Shown here: positions 12,667 to 25,024 of the stretch, in pieces | Layout: the number at the start of each line of letters is the position of its first letter | How positions within the stretch are numbered: position 1 is the first letter of the stretch | NCBI GenBank assembly: GCA_958009085.1 | Contig: OY253669.1 | Coordinates: forward strand, 1,674,001 to 1,738,000 | Origin: Protoeuglena noctilucae | Taxonomy: Eukaryota | Direction: 5' to 3' | Length of the DNA: 64,000 bases | Position numbers and translations under genes: made by a program | Notes under the pieces: model-generated | The model's database searches: none | The model's input: the letters and a program-made list of their open reading frames with translations, nothing else | Told to the model about the DNA's origin: nothing

Positions 12667-15600
12667 ATGTCGCCTCAGCGTGCGGGCAGGGGACCTGGTG
12701 GTCTCGGCGGTGGCGTGCCGCTCTCCAGCACGGTCCAGAAGCACCTCATGTCGATGGGCAACAGCTCACCCGGGGCACACGGTGCGCTGCCGCTCACGAG
12801 CCCATCCGCCCATCCGCAGAAGCGCCGTGCCGTGCTTGACATCGCGGCAAGCCCGACCCCTCGCAGGGAAGCGCAGCGGGCACGGGTCTTTGTCGGCCCG
12901 CCTGGGCCTGGCGATGCGCATGATGGCGGAGAAAGAGACAGCAGAGCACGCGGCCATCTGCGCACACAGCGCGATCGGCTCCAGCGCCGGCCCCGGGGAC
13001 CAGGCGCTGGCGCTCAAGACGCTGCTGCAGGGGATCGACGCGTGCGGTCCTCAGCCCCGCCGCGTGCGCCTCACCGTCGCAGCGACCGCCATCGAACGAC
13101 AGCTGGCGCCGGCGGTCGTCCAGAGGCTCGCGGGACCCATCGGGCGGTGGCTGGCGCGGGGAGCTGCTGCCGATCCCGGCACTACCGCATCGGCCGTCGC
13201 GCCCTTCCGAGCCCTCGCTGCCACAGCAGCGTCGGCCGCGCTTGCCGCGCCCCCGGACCCCGGCGCTTCCCACGAGGCGACCCTGGAGGTGACCCACACC
13301 ACCGCCGTGGATGCCATGGCACCTCAGGGCGCGGTAAGGCCCTCACTGAGTAGTAATGTAGCACGGCAATGGAATACCCTCGGTCTTATTTCCCCGCACC
13401 CGCAGTCCCTCTTCTCACCCCTCGCCGCCGCCATCGGCGCCCCCGACCGCCGCGGCGCGGCCCTCGCTGCCGAGTGCCTCACCGCCGCCCTGGCGGCCGC
13501 AGTCCGCTCGTCCCCGCACGCCGCCGCGCCCGCCGCCGCCGCCGCAGCGCAGCTCCTGCTGCGTGGCGCGCACCCCGCGGCGCCCGGTGACGCGGCCGCT
13601 GCCTCCCGCGCTCCCGTGGCTGCGGCAGAAGCCATTCACGCCCTCTCCGCATGCGTGGCGGCGGCGGGGCCCGCGTTCCCGGCCAAGTCCCTGCCCCGCA
13701 CCCTGCGCCTCCTCCTCGCCGCCCTCGCCGCCGGCGTCCCCGACTGGCGCGTCCGTGCCGCCTCAGCCGCCGCCGTCGCTCGCCTGGCCGCCCTCGCTGC
13801 CGCTTCCCCCGGTATCGCATGGGCACTCGCCGCAGCGCGGGACGACCTCACTGCCGCCCTGGAGGCCCTCCGCTACGACCGCATCCCCGCGGTGCGCGCG
13901 GCTGTGGCTCAGGCCCTCGACGACCTCTCTGGCATCGCCAGGGGCCAGCCCGGCACTCACACCTCCCCCGCACGCTCCCCGCTCCAAGTGAGGCTGCCTG
14001 GCGGGGTCTGCGGGGCGCGCTGCGGATGCTCAGTGACGTACCTAAGCCTTCCTTACATTGCCGCCACCTATGACACCTCGCTGTCTCATGCTCCCGCCTC
14101 ACGCACCCGCTGCCCCATGCACCCCTTGGCCCGCTCCCGCCAACCCCACCGCTCTTCGTCCCGCCCCCCCAGGACTCCCCTCATTCAAGGTGGTCCCCAC
14201 CCGCGGCAGCGTCTGCGGCGAGCCCTCTTCGCTTCTCGCCCTCTCGCTCCCCGGGGGTGCTCAGCCAGGGCAGCCCTGCAGGCGTACCCTCCGTGGCAAA
14301 GTGCTCTGTGCGGAGGGCGTTGTATGTAGACGGGGCTCCGGGCGGCGATGCGACTCCGATGTCCGGCTGGGGCGAATCGGACGGCTACTACGCGAGGGCG
14401 GGTCCAGCCGGGCACGCGGGTGCGGGGCGGCAGTGTGCGTGTGACGACGCCTGACACACAGGCGAAGAAAGGCAGAGAGACTCAATTATTTGCTTGTTTG
14501 ATGAAGTGAAATTACGACTGCACTGCTTCTTTCCTTTGTTCCTAGTTCTGCCCTTCACAGCATGCGAGCTCATCGACCAAGTCATCCCCCGGCCCTCCCT
14601 CCCCGTGCCTGCAGCGCCGCACGTCTCGCACTCCTCCCCCGCGCGCCCTCGCGTGCCCGGCCGCCGCACGCGCCGCAAGCGCCGCGGGGAGGTGCGCGTG
14701 GAGATCTTCGTCAAGGGAGAGCCCCCCTCGCGATCTGTGGGGTCCGAGGAGCGGAGGGGCCGGCTGCTGGGCCCCAGTCTGGGCACATCGCAAGCCACGG
14801 TGCAGCACACGCAGGCGACGGTGCAGCAATCCCAGGGGGTTGCTGCGCACGCGAGCCCGGCGGCCGCGGTCGCCCCACCCAGCCCTGGGGACGAGGAGCC
14901 TCGGGCCCGGGTGCCCCTGGGCACACCGCCGTGGATGCGGGGGGTGGGGAGCGCCACCGCGCCCGCGGGAGCGCCGGGCGGGGCGCCGGGGAGCTGGCCG
15001 GGTGCGCCAGCACAGGGCGCGATTGCCGGGAACGACGGGGTGGGGGCATCGGCTGTGCCAGATGCAAACAATGCTGGTGCGTCCACTGCCGCTGCCACCG
15101 TGCACCTGGGGTACATCCTCACGAGCCCCTCTCTGATGAACCGCGGCGACCGCCCGTGGGAGTGGCTGCCGCCCCTGCACCCAGCAAACATGGCACCAGC
15201 AGCAGCACTTGCACCAGCGCCCGTGCCTGCACCGGCAGTGGCGGTGGCGACGCAGACCTCGGCAGCCAGGGCGCTGTTTACGGAGACGGGCGCGGCCGGT
15301 GGCGGCGGGGCGGGTTTGGTGGCGCGGGGCAGCGAGGGCGGGGCGACGGAGGCGGGCGGCGGGAGTGGGCCAGCAACGGGCGGTGTTGCGGGAGCAAAGC
15401 CGGACGCAAAGAGGGTGGTAGGAGAGGCCCGGGTCGGGCTTGGTGAGACGCCAGTTGACAGAGGGGAAGCGGTGGTTCGTGGGGGCGTGGGGTCGTCGCC
15501 GGCACGCGACCGCGCTCTGAGCGATGGCCAAGGGTGGGCCGAGGGCCGGTCGAAGCAGAGCGGAGGTCGCGGGGTGGACGGAGCGCTGCAGGGAGCGGGT

Positions 15601-16765
15601 GCGGGTGCGGGGTGCCCTGCGTCGGCGGCGGGGGTGCGTGGGGAGGAGGTGTGGATGGGGGCGACGGTGGGGCGTCCGTCGATGGTCTCAGCCATGTCAA
15701 TGCGAAGCAACTTGTCCGAGGCCTTTTGGAACGATAGCGAGGGGCGCAGGACCATCTCTGAGGTGGGGGGCGGGGAGGGTGCGGCGGTGGGTGGCTCAAG
15801 GCGGGAGCAGTGGCGGGGTGCGGGCGACACCGTGGCGATGGGGTCGGCGAGGAGCGGGGGAGTCAGCCCGGAGCCGGCGGGGCCTCGGTCGGCCCCGATC
15901 ATAGCCTCAGGAACAGCCGCGGCCACAGAAGCAGGCTCTGCCACAGCCCCAGTCACTGCTACAGCCGCAGCCACTGCCACTGCCACAGGCACCGCAGCGG
16001 GGGAGAGGCGTGAGGGGTCGGTGTCTCGCGGGGAGGTGTCGTTTGACATCCCTGGTGACGCGAGTGGGGTGGGGAGCGAAGTGGCGGGAGCTGGGAGCGA
16101 AGTGGCGGGGGGTGGGGGAGGAGGGCGGCGCGTCTGCGGGGCTGGAGGGGTCGCGGCGGGTGCGGCGGTGGGAGCTGGACAGTCGCGACTTCGGGGAGGA
16201 GTTTGGGACAGGGATGGGGTCCGAGGGGTGGGGCGAGAGTGGCGCGGGAGAGGAGAGGTGGGGCGAGCCGCCCCAGCGTGGGGTGGGTGACGAGGGGGGC
16301 GGTGGTGGGCAGGTGGGGAGGCGGGATGAGCGGGGAGAGGAGGAGTGGGACGATGGGAGCTTGGGAAGCGGGGGCGGGGCAGGGACAGCGGAGGGGGTGG
16401 AGGTGGGAGGGGAGAGGGCAGATGGCCGTGAGGGTGTCAGTGCACGTGGCGGTGAGGGTGGCGAGGAGGGCGGTGCTGGCACAGATGACGCGCCCTGGCG
16501 TGACGAGCCTGCCCTGCTCTCTTTCCTGGCGCGGGCGATTAAGGCGACGCTGTGGGACATCGAATCCCACGAAAAGCAGAGCGCGAGGGGTGCAGAGGCG
16601 GGGCTGGGGCTGGAGGAGGTGCTAAGGGGTCTGGGTCTGGACTCTATGGCGGGTGCGGTGGGGGGGACCGGGGGAGGCGAGGGGAGCGGAGACGGGGAGC
16701 GGGAGGGGGGAGGGGTGGGGAGAGGACGCGGGGGACGAGGCGGTGCGGCGTTGGGCGGTGGGTGA
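12667..16765 (+). CDS. HEAT/ARM-repeat protein resembling TORTIFOLIA1/SPIRAL2, with long low-complexity C-terminal region; boundaries uncertain
   Basis: DWRVRAASAAAVARLAALA...LEALRYDRIPAVRAAVAQAL resembles the TOR1-family 'DW..RKAAAE.L...LE..RFDK.KPVR' segment; Ala-rich helical exons at 12.9-14.0 kb. Confidence 0.5.
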
Positions 16766-16785
16766 GTGGCGGTGGGCTGAGCGGT

Positions 16786-16985
16786 NNNNNNNNNNNNNNN
16801 NNNNNNNNNNNNNNNNNNNNNNNNNNNNNNNNNNNNNNNNNNNNNNNNNNNNNNNNNNNNNNNNNNNNNNNNNNNNNNNNNNNNNNNNNNNNNNNNNNNN
16901 NNNNNNNNNNNNNNNNNNNNNNNNNNNNNNNNNNNNNNNNNNNNNNNNNNNNNNNNNNNNNNNNNNNNNNNNNNNNNNNNNNNNN
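16786..16985. other. Assembly gap (200 N)
   Basis: Run of N. Confidence 1.
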
Positions 16986-19679
16986 CCCGTGCGGCGTCAG
17001 ACGACGTCAGTGCCGCTCGCACCTCCATGGCCTGCTGTTGCAGCGCCAGGTCCCGCGACGCCAGCGCCTGCGGAGAGACGAGCGCAGTCCAGCGTCTCAT
17101 GACACCCGCAGGGCTACTGATCATTCACCAGCCCGCCGCCCTCATCGCCCTCTGCATACAACCACCCCGCTCCCTCACCTGCGACAGCAGCGCCTCCCCC
17201 TCCGCCGAGAGCCCCCCCCCGCTCCTCGCCGCCAGCTTCCCCAGCGCCAGCACCGCCCGCTGCGTCTGCGCCGGCGGCAGGCGCACGCTGCCCGAGAGAC
17301 CGCACACGGCGTCAATCGCGTCCTCGACCGCCTCACGGTCCCCCTCGGCCCCAAACTCCCCCGCCGCCCACAGCGCGACGGCCTGCAGGGGCTCCGGGGT
17401 GTTCCCGCGGGACAGGTAGGGCAGGAGCGTGCGCAGGGCGAAGGCGGGGAGGCTCGAGTCCGTGGCGGCGTGGGTGGCCATCGCGGCGGTCAGGCCGTCC
17501 GCCAGCTGCGGCCCCGCGTCCGCGCCGCACGCGCAGATGAGGGACGCGATGGTGCGGATGTACCATTGCACCTGCGAGCGCAAGGGGAAGGGGGGCCAGT
17601 CAGCAATGCGTGCATAAAACACGACGGTCTGCCAACAGCACCTGTGCCCCGTCTCGCACGCACTACATCACGGCCCACACCCCATTGCATGGCACACAAT
17701 TCCCCATCAGCCAAGGCCCACATGCGCCCCACATGCGCCCAGCCCCTCACCCCTCCCGGAGCCAACGCCGCGAATTTGTCGCAGAGCGCCGCGAGCTTGG
17801 TCCCGAGCGCGGCGCGGACCTCCAGGTCGGCCCCTCCCCCCAGGAACTCGAGCATCTTATCAGCGATGACCTCCACGTTGCCCTCGTGCGTCATCCTTGC
17901 CAGGAGATCCAGGGTGGATCGTCTCAAAGTGGCGTCCTTGCTCTCCAGGCAGTCGATCACCGCCGCTTGGTGGGCCTCGGCGTGCTCGTGGCCCAGGGTG
18001 ACGAGGGACGACTGCGGGGGTGGGGGAGAGGTGGGGGTCTAAGTGGGGGTGGGGGTGAAGGTGGGTGTGAAGGTGGTCAGCGGTGGGGAGACTTGAGATG
18101 ACTGCGCAGCGCACTCGATTACACTCCTCCCCATCACACGTTCGTCTCACCAGGGCGTGGATGCCGGCGTATTTGAGGTTGGGGGGCGCGGACGGGCGCA
18201 GGAAGAAGCCCACGGTGCGCGTGCACTCCCCAAGCAGCTCCCGGCTGGGCGGGCTCAGGCGTGCAGCGGCACGCAGGCACTCGTAGGCCAGGGCGTGGGC
18301 GATGGTGTTGGAGCCCTGGCGGGCGCGGCGCAGGACGTCCAGAATGGCCAGCGAGGCGGACGCCGAGGCCTCCGGGCTGCCGGCGGACAGGCGCGCGAGG
18401 GCGCGCACGATCTGCGGGGGCGGGGCGAGTTATTGAAACATGAGCAGTGAGCAGTGAGCGGTGGGGAGCATGGCGAGGGACGGCCTTGCAAACGACCCGC
18501 CGAACGGCCCTGCTGTTAGCAGCCCTGACATCAGAGGCCCTGCTCCAACCAGCCTTGCCATCAGCTGCCCTGCTGCGAGGAGCAGCCCTGCCCCGAGCAG
18601 CCCTGCGCTTCCCGCTCGTCATGCATGCTCACCCGCAGTTGGATGAAGGGCGCCGGGGCCTTGTGGTACTCGTAACTCTTGGGGAGCCTGCCCTGGAGGA
18701 CCTGCCCGAGGATGTGCGCGAGGGGCCCGACCTGGGAGCGCAGGCTGGCCGGGTCCAGGCGCGCGGCGTCGTCGAGCGCGTTGAGGGCCGCGGCCATGAC
18801 GGCGGGGTCGCGGTCGAGCAGGGCCTGGCGGATGCGCGCGGACAGCTCCGGGAGGCGGTCGGGCGCGAGGACGACGGCGCGTTGCACGGCGAGGCATGCC
18901 TTGCGCCGCACGGGGTCGATGGGGTGGGGCAGGAGGGCCTCAATGTTGGGAAGCAGCGCCGGGGCCGTGTCGCGGGACATAAGCTTGCAGCAGGCGTCGA
19001 GCGCCGCGCAGACGACCACGTAGTTGTCCGACTTGAGGTCCCTCTGCATCGTGTTGGTCAGCATCAGGGCCAAGTCGTGATTGGGGCCCAGGAGCACCGA
19101 GGCCGCCAGGTATCCCACGCGCTTCAGCACGGGGTTGGTGCTCGCCGCCATCGTCACGGCCTGGATCTCCCCGAACGACGCGTCGTAGCCCAGCATGTCC
19201 AGGTAAATGAGACGCACCATGCTCTCCCGCTTGGCCTGCACGGTCAGTTAGCGGCAGGGGGCGGTCAGCGCGCCGCGCGCGGCCGCCGGAGGGCGGCGGA
19301 GCCAACCAAAGCACTTATGAAACGCGGGCGGCGGGGCCAGGGGGCGCGGGCGGCGGAGGCACGCGCGAGGCGCGGCGCATACGCGCCTGCGGGTCTGGGA
19401 TGGGCTCGGAGAGGAGCTTCTTGAGCGTCAGGCGCTCAGCCTCCATGATGCGGGTCTCCTCCGCCTGCAGATCACGACGAGCGACCGCTGAAGCGCGAGA
19501 CCCGCACGAATAGGCCCCGGCGCGCGGCCTCGCAGGCCCAGACCCGCGTGACAAACGCGAGCCCCGTGCACCGCGTGCAGGGCGCTTGTGGGCCCCACCT
19601 TCGACTTGCATTCTCCAATGGCCGCAATGAGTTCGTGGAACTCCTTGGTGAACTTGCCGCCCTTCCCCGTCGACGCCAT
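16986..19679 (-). CDS. AP4E1: AP-4 adaptor complex subunit epsilon, spliced, 3' part interrupted by the gap
   Basis: KEFHELIAAIGECKSK|AEETRIM...RLIYLDMLGYDASFGEIQAV...KRVGYLAASVLL...QRDLKSDNYVVVCAAL...RLPKSYEYHKAPAPFIQLR...NLKYAGIHAL...IDCLESKDATLRRSTLDLL. Confidence 0.92.
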
Positions 19680-20131
19680 CGTCCCTCCCCGCTCCCTCAG
19701 CCCAGCCTGGGCAGCGTCGGGGACCGGAGCGGCACGAGCTGGCACGGCAGAAACGAATCCTTTGCTGCGCGCTGAGATCCGTCACGCTGGACGCGCAGCG
19801 GACCGCAGGCAACCGGCGAGCGCGCGGGACACGGCCAGGAGGGCTCGACGCCGGTCCACCGGGGGCAAGGTCACGCCGGTTATCTCAAAGATGCCGCATG
19901 TCGCCGTCAGCCTTCGCCTTGACGAGGTCTCGAGCAAAACGTGCCGTCGTGCATTTCACTGGCAAGAGCCTAGAAATCCCCATTCATGCCGTAAATCCCT
20001 CTCAGCTGTTTAGGGCTCGACACACAACGGATCTCGAGGGTTCCCTACCCCGTTCTCTCTTCGCTCCTCATTGGCAAAAGAACAAACACAAGCCTCAGGT
20101 TGGGGGCCCACGCCCGCGACCCCCGCGCCCC

Positions 20132-21745
20132 ATGTCGTCCGTCCCCGACGTGGGAGCGGGCGTAGTGCTCCAGGGCACGTGCGGTTGGTCGGACGAGTCA
20201 ATCCTGCGCAGCCGGCGGTTCTATCCGTCGTCGGTCCGGACGTCTGAGGACCGCCTGTTCCACTACGCGAGGCACTTTCCGTGCGTGGAGGTCGACTCGT
20301 CTACGTACGCCATCCCCTCGCCAAAAACCTGCGCCTCCTGGGCCTCCCAGACGCCCAGGGGCTTCGTCTTCCACGTCAAAGCGTACGGCCCCTTCTGCTC
20401 CCGGTCCTGCGTCGTAGGCGCCCTTCCCCGGGCGGTGCGAGAGCGCGTGCTCGAGGAGGGTCTGGCCAGAGACGCCAAGGCCACCATTCCACTTCAGGAG
20501 GCGAGCAACCGACCAGGGCTGGGAGAGGCTGCGAGCACTCCGTCCCAGCAACGGATGTCAGCCACTCATGGTGTCGTCTCTTCTCCTTGCCCTCCAGCTT
20601 CCCGAGGGTGCGGAGATGGAGGTGTGGGAGGCGTTCAACCGATGCCTCGACCCCCTCATCGAGGCGAAGAAGATGGGAGTGAGTCCCTTGCGTCGCACGG
20701 CCGAACCGCTCAGCACGTTTCCGCACTCCGAGCACGTCTCTGCACACCAGGGTCATGCTTGAGCCCCACCGCGTCCACAGGTTTGCGTGTTTCAGTTCCA
20801 CCTCGGCTTCGTGCCCTCTGAAGAAACTCACGAATACCTGCGCCACCTGCGGTCCATGCTGCGCCCCGACGTCAGGCGAGTCGCCGTGACCCACGGCACG
20901 GGCACCGCGCTCGCGCTGAAGGGTGCATCAGCGATTGCATCAGCAGGGACGCTCCTGGCATTGTAAGAGCCAGCAGCCTGCATGGCCTTGTCGCGTCCAC
21001 TCACATACCTCAGCTGCTGCGCAGCATGGCAATGGAGTTCCGCGACCGTGCCTGGTTCGACACCCCGGCGCGGAGGGACTTGACGGTGGCGGCCCTGCGA
21101 GACCTGGACGCCTGTCTGGTGGCCGGGGACGACCTCGCGTCAGAGATGGGCGCCGGGGGCGGCGCCGGGCAGCTGCCGGTGGCTGAGGGGGTCGCCACGC
21201 CGCGTTTCTGGTACGTGCGCATCCACCGCCGGCGGGGGACGTGGGAGAGGCAGCTAGGGGCGGCGGAGGTGGAGGCGTGGGTGGCGCGGCTGGGGCGCGT
21301 GCAGGCGCAGGGCCTCCGGGGGCCAGTCTTCTTCATGTGGGGCACCGACTGGGAGGACGTCCCCATTCGGAACGCCTCGGTACTCGAGACAGCACTCCCC
21401 GCAGCGATGCGCTTCAACTGGCGGGCGCAGCTGCGGGAGAGGGAGGCTGCGCAGCCGGGCAGCCTCATGGCTATGCTTGCGGGGGGTAGGGGGAAGCGAT
21501 TGCGGGAAGAGGCGGCCGATAGGGATGTCCAGAAGCGTCAGGCGGGGGGAGGGGAGGGGTTCGACCGAGGGCGCGCCTCGTGTGCTGACGCGGGGGTGCC
21601 TGGCAGCGGCGCATTAGCCGAGGAACGAGGCGAGGCTGAAGCTCCCAGTGGGGTGGGTTGCAGTCCACCGGTAGCACCGCTCCCTCCAAGGCTCCCCAAG
21701 AAGGGCTCTTTGCTAAATTATTTCCCCCGCGTGGGGCCGTGCTGA
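20132..21745 (+). CDS. DUF72 (UPF0759/YecE-like) domain protein, 4 exons
   Basis: GTCGWSD...LFHYARHFPCVEVDSSTYAIP...W..QTPRGFVFHVKA...VFQFHLGF...AMEFRDRAWF...YVRIHRR. Confidence 0.9.
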
Positions 21746-21799
21746 CTGCGGTCGCGGAGTTCGCTCAAGTGCTCTAGAATCGCCTTAGTGCGTTCAGTG

Positions 21800-23084
21800 C
21801 TAGGAAGGGACCTGGGATGGCGCCGGCGCGGGTCCTAGGCTCAGCTCCGCCGGCGTGGGTCCGATGCTCCGCTCCGGGGGTTGCGTGGCCGTAGCCCCGT
21901 CCCTTTCCACGCTCGCACCGCCGTCGTCGTCCCCATCGCTGCCGCCCAACGCACTCTTGAACCTCTCCCACGCGCTCCGGCTCCCCTCGGGCGGCGTCGC
22001 GCTCTCTGCCCCGCTCGCAGACACAGGACCCTGTGGCCCCTCGCTGGCGGGGGTCCTCTCTTCAGAACTCGTCGGCTGGGGCGTCCCGACTGCCGGCGCG
22101 GGCGGGGTGCGTGGCGCCGGGGTGCGCGGCGCCCCGGCCACGTTGGGCACGGCAGTCGCGGCGGGCGTGCTGCGGGGCGGTCGCGTCCTCGGCCGCTGGG
22201 TGGGCGCCGCCGTCGGGACCGGGGTCGGTCTCTCGCTCGGTGGGTTGGCGGGAATATCTACGATGGAGTCGGCGATGCCGGACACGTGCTGGTGTGCTGA
22301 GAGCATCTCCTGCGCCACCGCCGCCTCTTCCTTGGCCAGCGCCGACAGCAGCGACCCCAAACGATCTCCCATCGCCCCCAGCTGTGCCCCCACCTCCCCT
22401 GCCCGACGCTCGGCGTCTCTCGCCGCGCTCCCCGGCTGCCCGCCCACGGCACGCAGCACGCTCGTCAGCTCCGCCAGCGCTCCCTGGTCCACGCGCAGCG
22501 CCTCCGCCGCCGCCTGGCACGCCTGGTGCTCCCGGAGCAGGGCGTCATACCTACTCGTGGCAGAAGCCGGCAGCTCCTCGTCCTCGACCTTGCGAAGGGC
22601 GGCCACTTCGCTTTCCAGCCGCGCGATGATGCGGTCCCGCCCGGTCAGCTGCTCCCGGAGGGCGGCGTTTTCTCGCTCCATCTGCCGCACGCGCGGGTTG
22701 GGCGCTATGGCCACGCCATCCGTACCCCCGTCGCCTGCGTTCGGGGCCAGAGGATTGCCGATGATGTCGAAGAGGACGATGCCCGATGTCTGGGGCGTCG
22801 TGAGCCCGCTGTGCAGGGCTCACTGCGCCTGCAGGTGCATAAACAACCATTTCCCGAGAACCACGCTGCGCACCCGGCACGTGCGGGCCTCCCAGGGGCC
22901 CAGTGACCAAAGACGTCCTCCCCAGCCACGCCCCGATCGCGAGCATCGCGAGCATCGCCGCCAGCGCCCGCGGGTTCCTCCACCAAGCAAGGGCCTGCGA
23001 ACAAAGCGAGCCAGAGAGGCGCTTCAAGAGCCATCTCGTGCTCTGAGGGTCCCACGAATCCTCGCGCTTTGCAACGCGTTGCAT
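21800..23084 (-). CDS. Hypothetical membrane-anchored coiled-coil protein
   Basis: Hydrophobic ALAAMLAMLAIGAWLG segment followed by a heptad-rich region (QMERENAALREQL...IARLESEVAAL) and a Pro/Thr-rich tail. Confidence 0.55.
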
Positions 23085-23528
23085 CGCACCGCATGGTCGC
23101 TTGCAGCCCTGTCAAAGCGATGGCGCGGGAGGACCATGAATCAAATCCAACTCCATTCCCGCAGATGCGGGGTCGTACGGCTTCGCTTGTGCTGATGCAG
23201 GGCCGTGCGCTGTGAGTTTGCACGCAAGCGTGCGATGCAGCCGGGTCAGTTCAGCTGGCCGACTTCGCGGTGATTGAATTTATGGAGCATGTGGTGTAGG
23301 GATGCGATTTTTGTTTTTTGCCAATGAGGATTCAGGAGTCCACTTCAGACAAGGAGCCCGTAAGTGTGGTCAGGCCGCCGTCTAGCACGATATTTGCCCT
23401 GTCCACTCCGCGGTATGACCTTCACATGATGACTGGCTCGCAGTTACAACGAGTGCGCGCCGCTCAACAAATCGCGGGCGCCCAGGACCACGCAGCCAAC
23501 CCCCCGCGCGGAGGCCACATCGTGCACT

Positions 23529-24380
23529 TTACTTGGTCTCAGCCTCAAAGTTCTCCACCAGGTCCGGAACGTCCTCATCCCCCTCCTCCTGCGAACCACG
23601 AGAGGGTGAACTATCCTCGAAGTTCGCGGGCACCCTGGTGTGGGCCACCTGCACCGCGGCGGGTCTCGGCGGAGAGCACAAAGCGCCGAACGTCACCTCG
23701 ATCGTGGGGACCTTGGGCATGCCCCCCGGCGCCGCGCCCATCTTCGCCAGCAGCTGCTGCAGCGTCGCCATGTCCGGCGCCCCCCCACCCATGTTCATCC
23801 CGAAGTTGGGCAGCATGTCCTCAATCCGCTTGGTCGTCGCCTGCCCCGACACCACGTACGTGTTGGCCTGGATCGACGCCTGGACCTTGGGGTTCTTGAA
23901 CGAGATGACCGTCTGGTCCCGCTGCACGATGTTCACCTCCTCGATGCCGGGGATCTGAAGAGCACAAGCGTCCCAAGGTAGCGTGAGGGGACTTGCAACT
24001 TCACATCCCCCACCATGGACCAGGGCAGCGCCTAGGGTGCCAAGGAGCCGGGACACAGGTAGCTGTCAGTTTCCGTCGCGCTGTCACCTGGGTGACGTGC
24101 AGGCGCTTCAGCGTCGCCTGGAGCTTCTTGTCGTCCACCGTGCTCGAGCGGGACGTCGCCTTCTGCGCCCTGCGGCGGATCGACGGCACGCGAGCATGGG
24201 AGCGGGACGAACATGATGCATCCAGCAGGGCTGTCGAGCCGTCGCCGGCCGAAAGCGACCCAGGGCCGCGAGGCAGGGGCTAAACGCATTCCGCTCCCGC
24301 GCGGCCGCCCACCTCCGCGGGCCCCCACTGCCCGTGGTGCGAGCGGCCCCCGCCTTGGCTTTGAGCTTGGAAAGGTCCAT
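23529..24380 (-). CDS. BTF3: Nascent polypeptide-associated complex beta subunit (BTF3), 3 exons
   Basis: DDKKLQATLKRL..|IPGIEEVNI...ISFKNPKVQASIQANTYVVSG...EDVPDLVENFE. Confidence 0.95.
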
Positions 24381-25024
24381 CTGCGGGCGACACGGTCAGC
24401 TGCGCGATGAAGCAGAGGCTCGATCGCTTTGGGAGCTCTGGGCATGGCCCGTCGCAGGCCGCGCAGCATCCAGCACGTGGCCTCGATGAGAAAGTGCACA
24501 AGCATTACGGGAGACGGCGGGAGACTCGCGCATCGCGCGAATTGAGTCGCAGCGACGCCAGCCTCGCGCCGCCGCAGGAACTGCTCTTACCTCACACGTC
24601 CCGCACAAAGTGCTCCAAAGAGAGGGCGAAATAGGGCAGCGGGGGCGGCCCGAAGTCTCGCCCCGCCGCACACACGATTCCGGCGCCAGGGAACCCAGGC
24701 GCAAAGGCGCAGGATTGATGGCGAGGAACGACGTGATCGACAGTGGGGGGCGCTGGTGGTCTGCGGCGTGGTCCGGAACGTGCACAGACGCCGACTGAGC
24801 TTGCATATGGTTGTGGCGGCCTACTGATCCCCGCTTGAGCATCAGACGGCAACGAGCCAGCCGCCCTTAACAGCCGTTGTGAGGACGCGAAGCTCTTGCT
24901 TGGCGCCTGCGCTCTGGCCTCGAGAGAAGGCGTGGAGGCCGAAATCTCGTCTCGGCAGCCCCGGGAACGCTGATCGCCGCGCGCTCCCCGCCGTCAAGCG
25001 GTGTCATTGGGGCCCGCGCGATCC

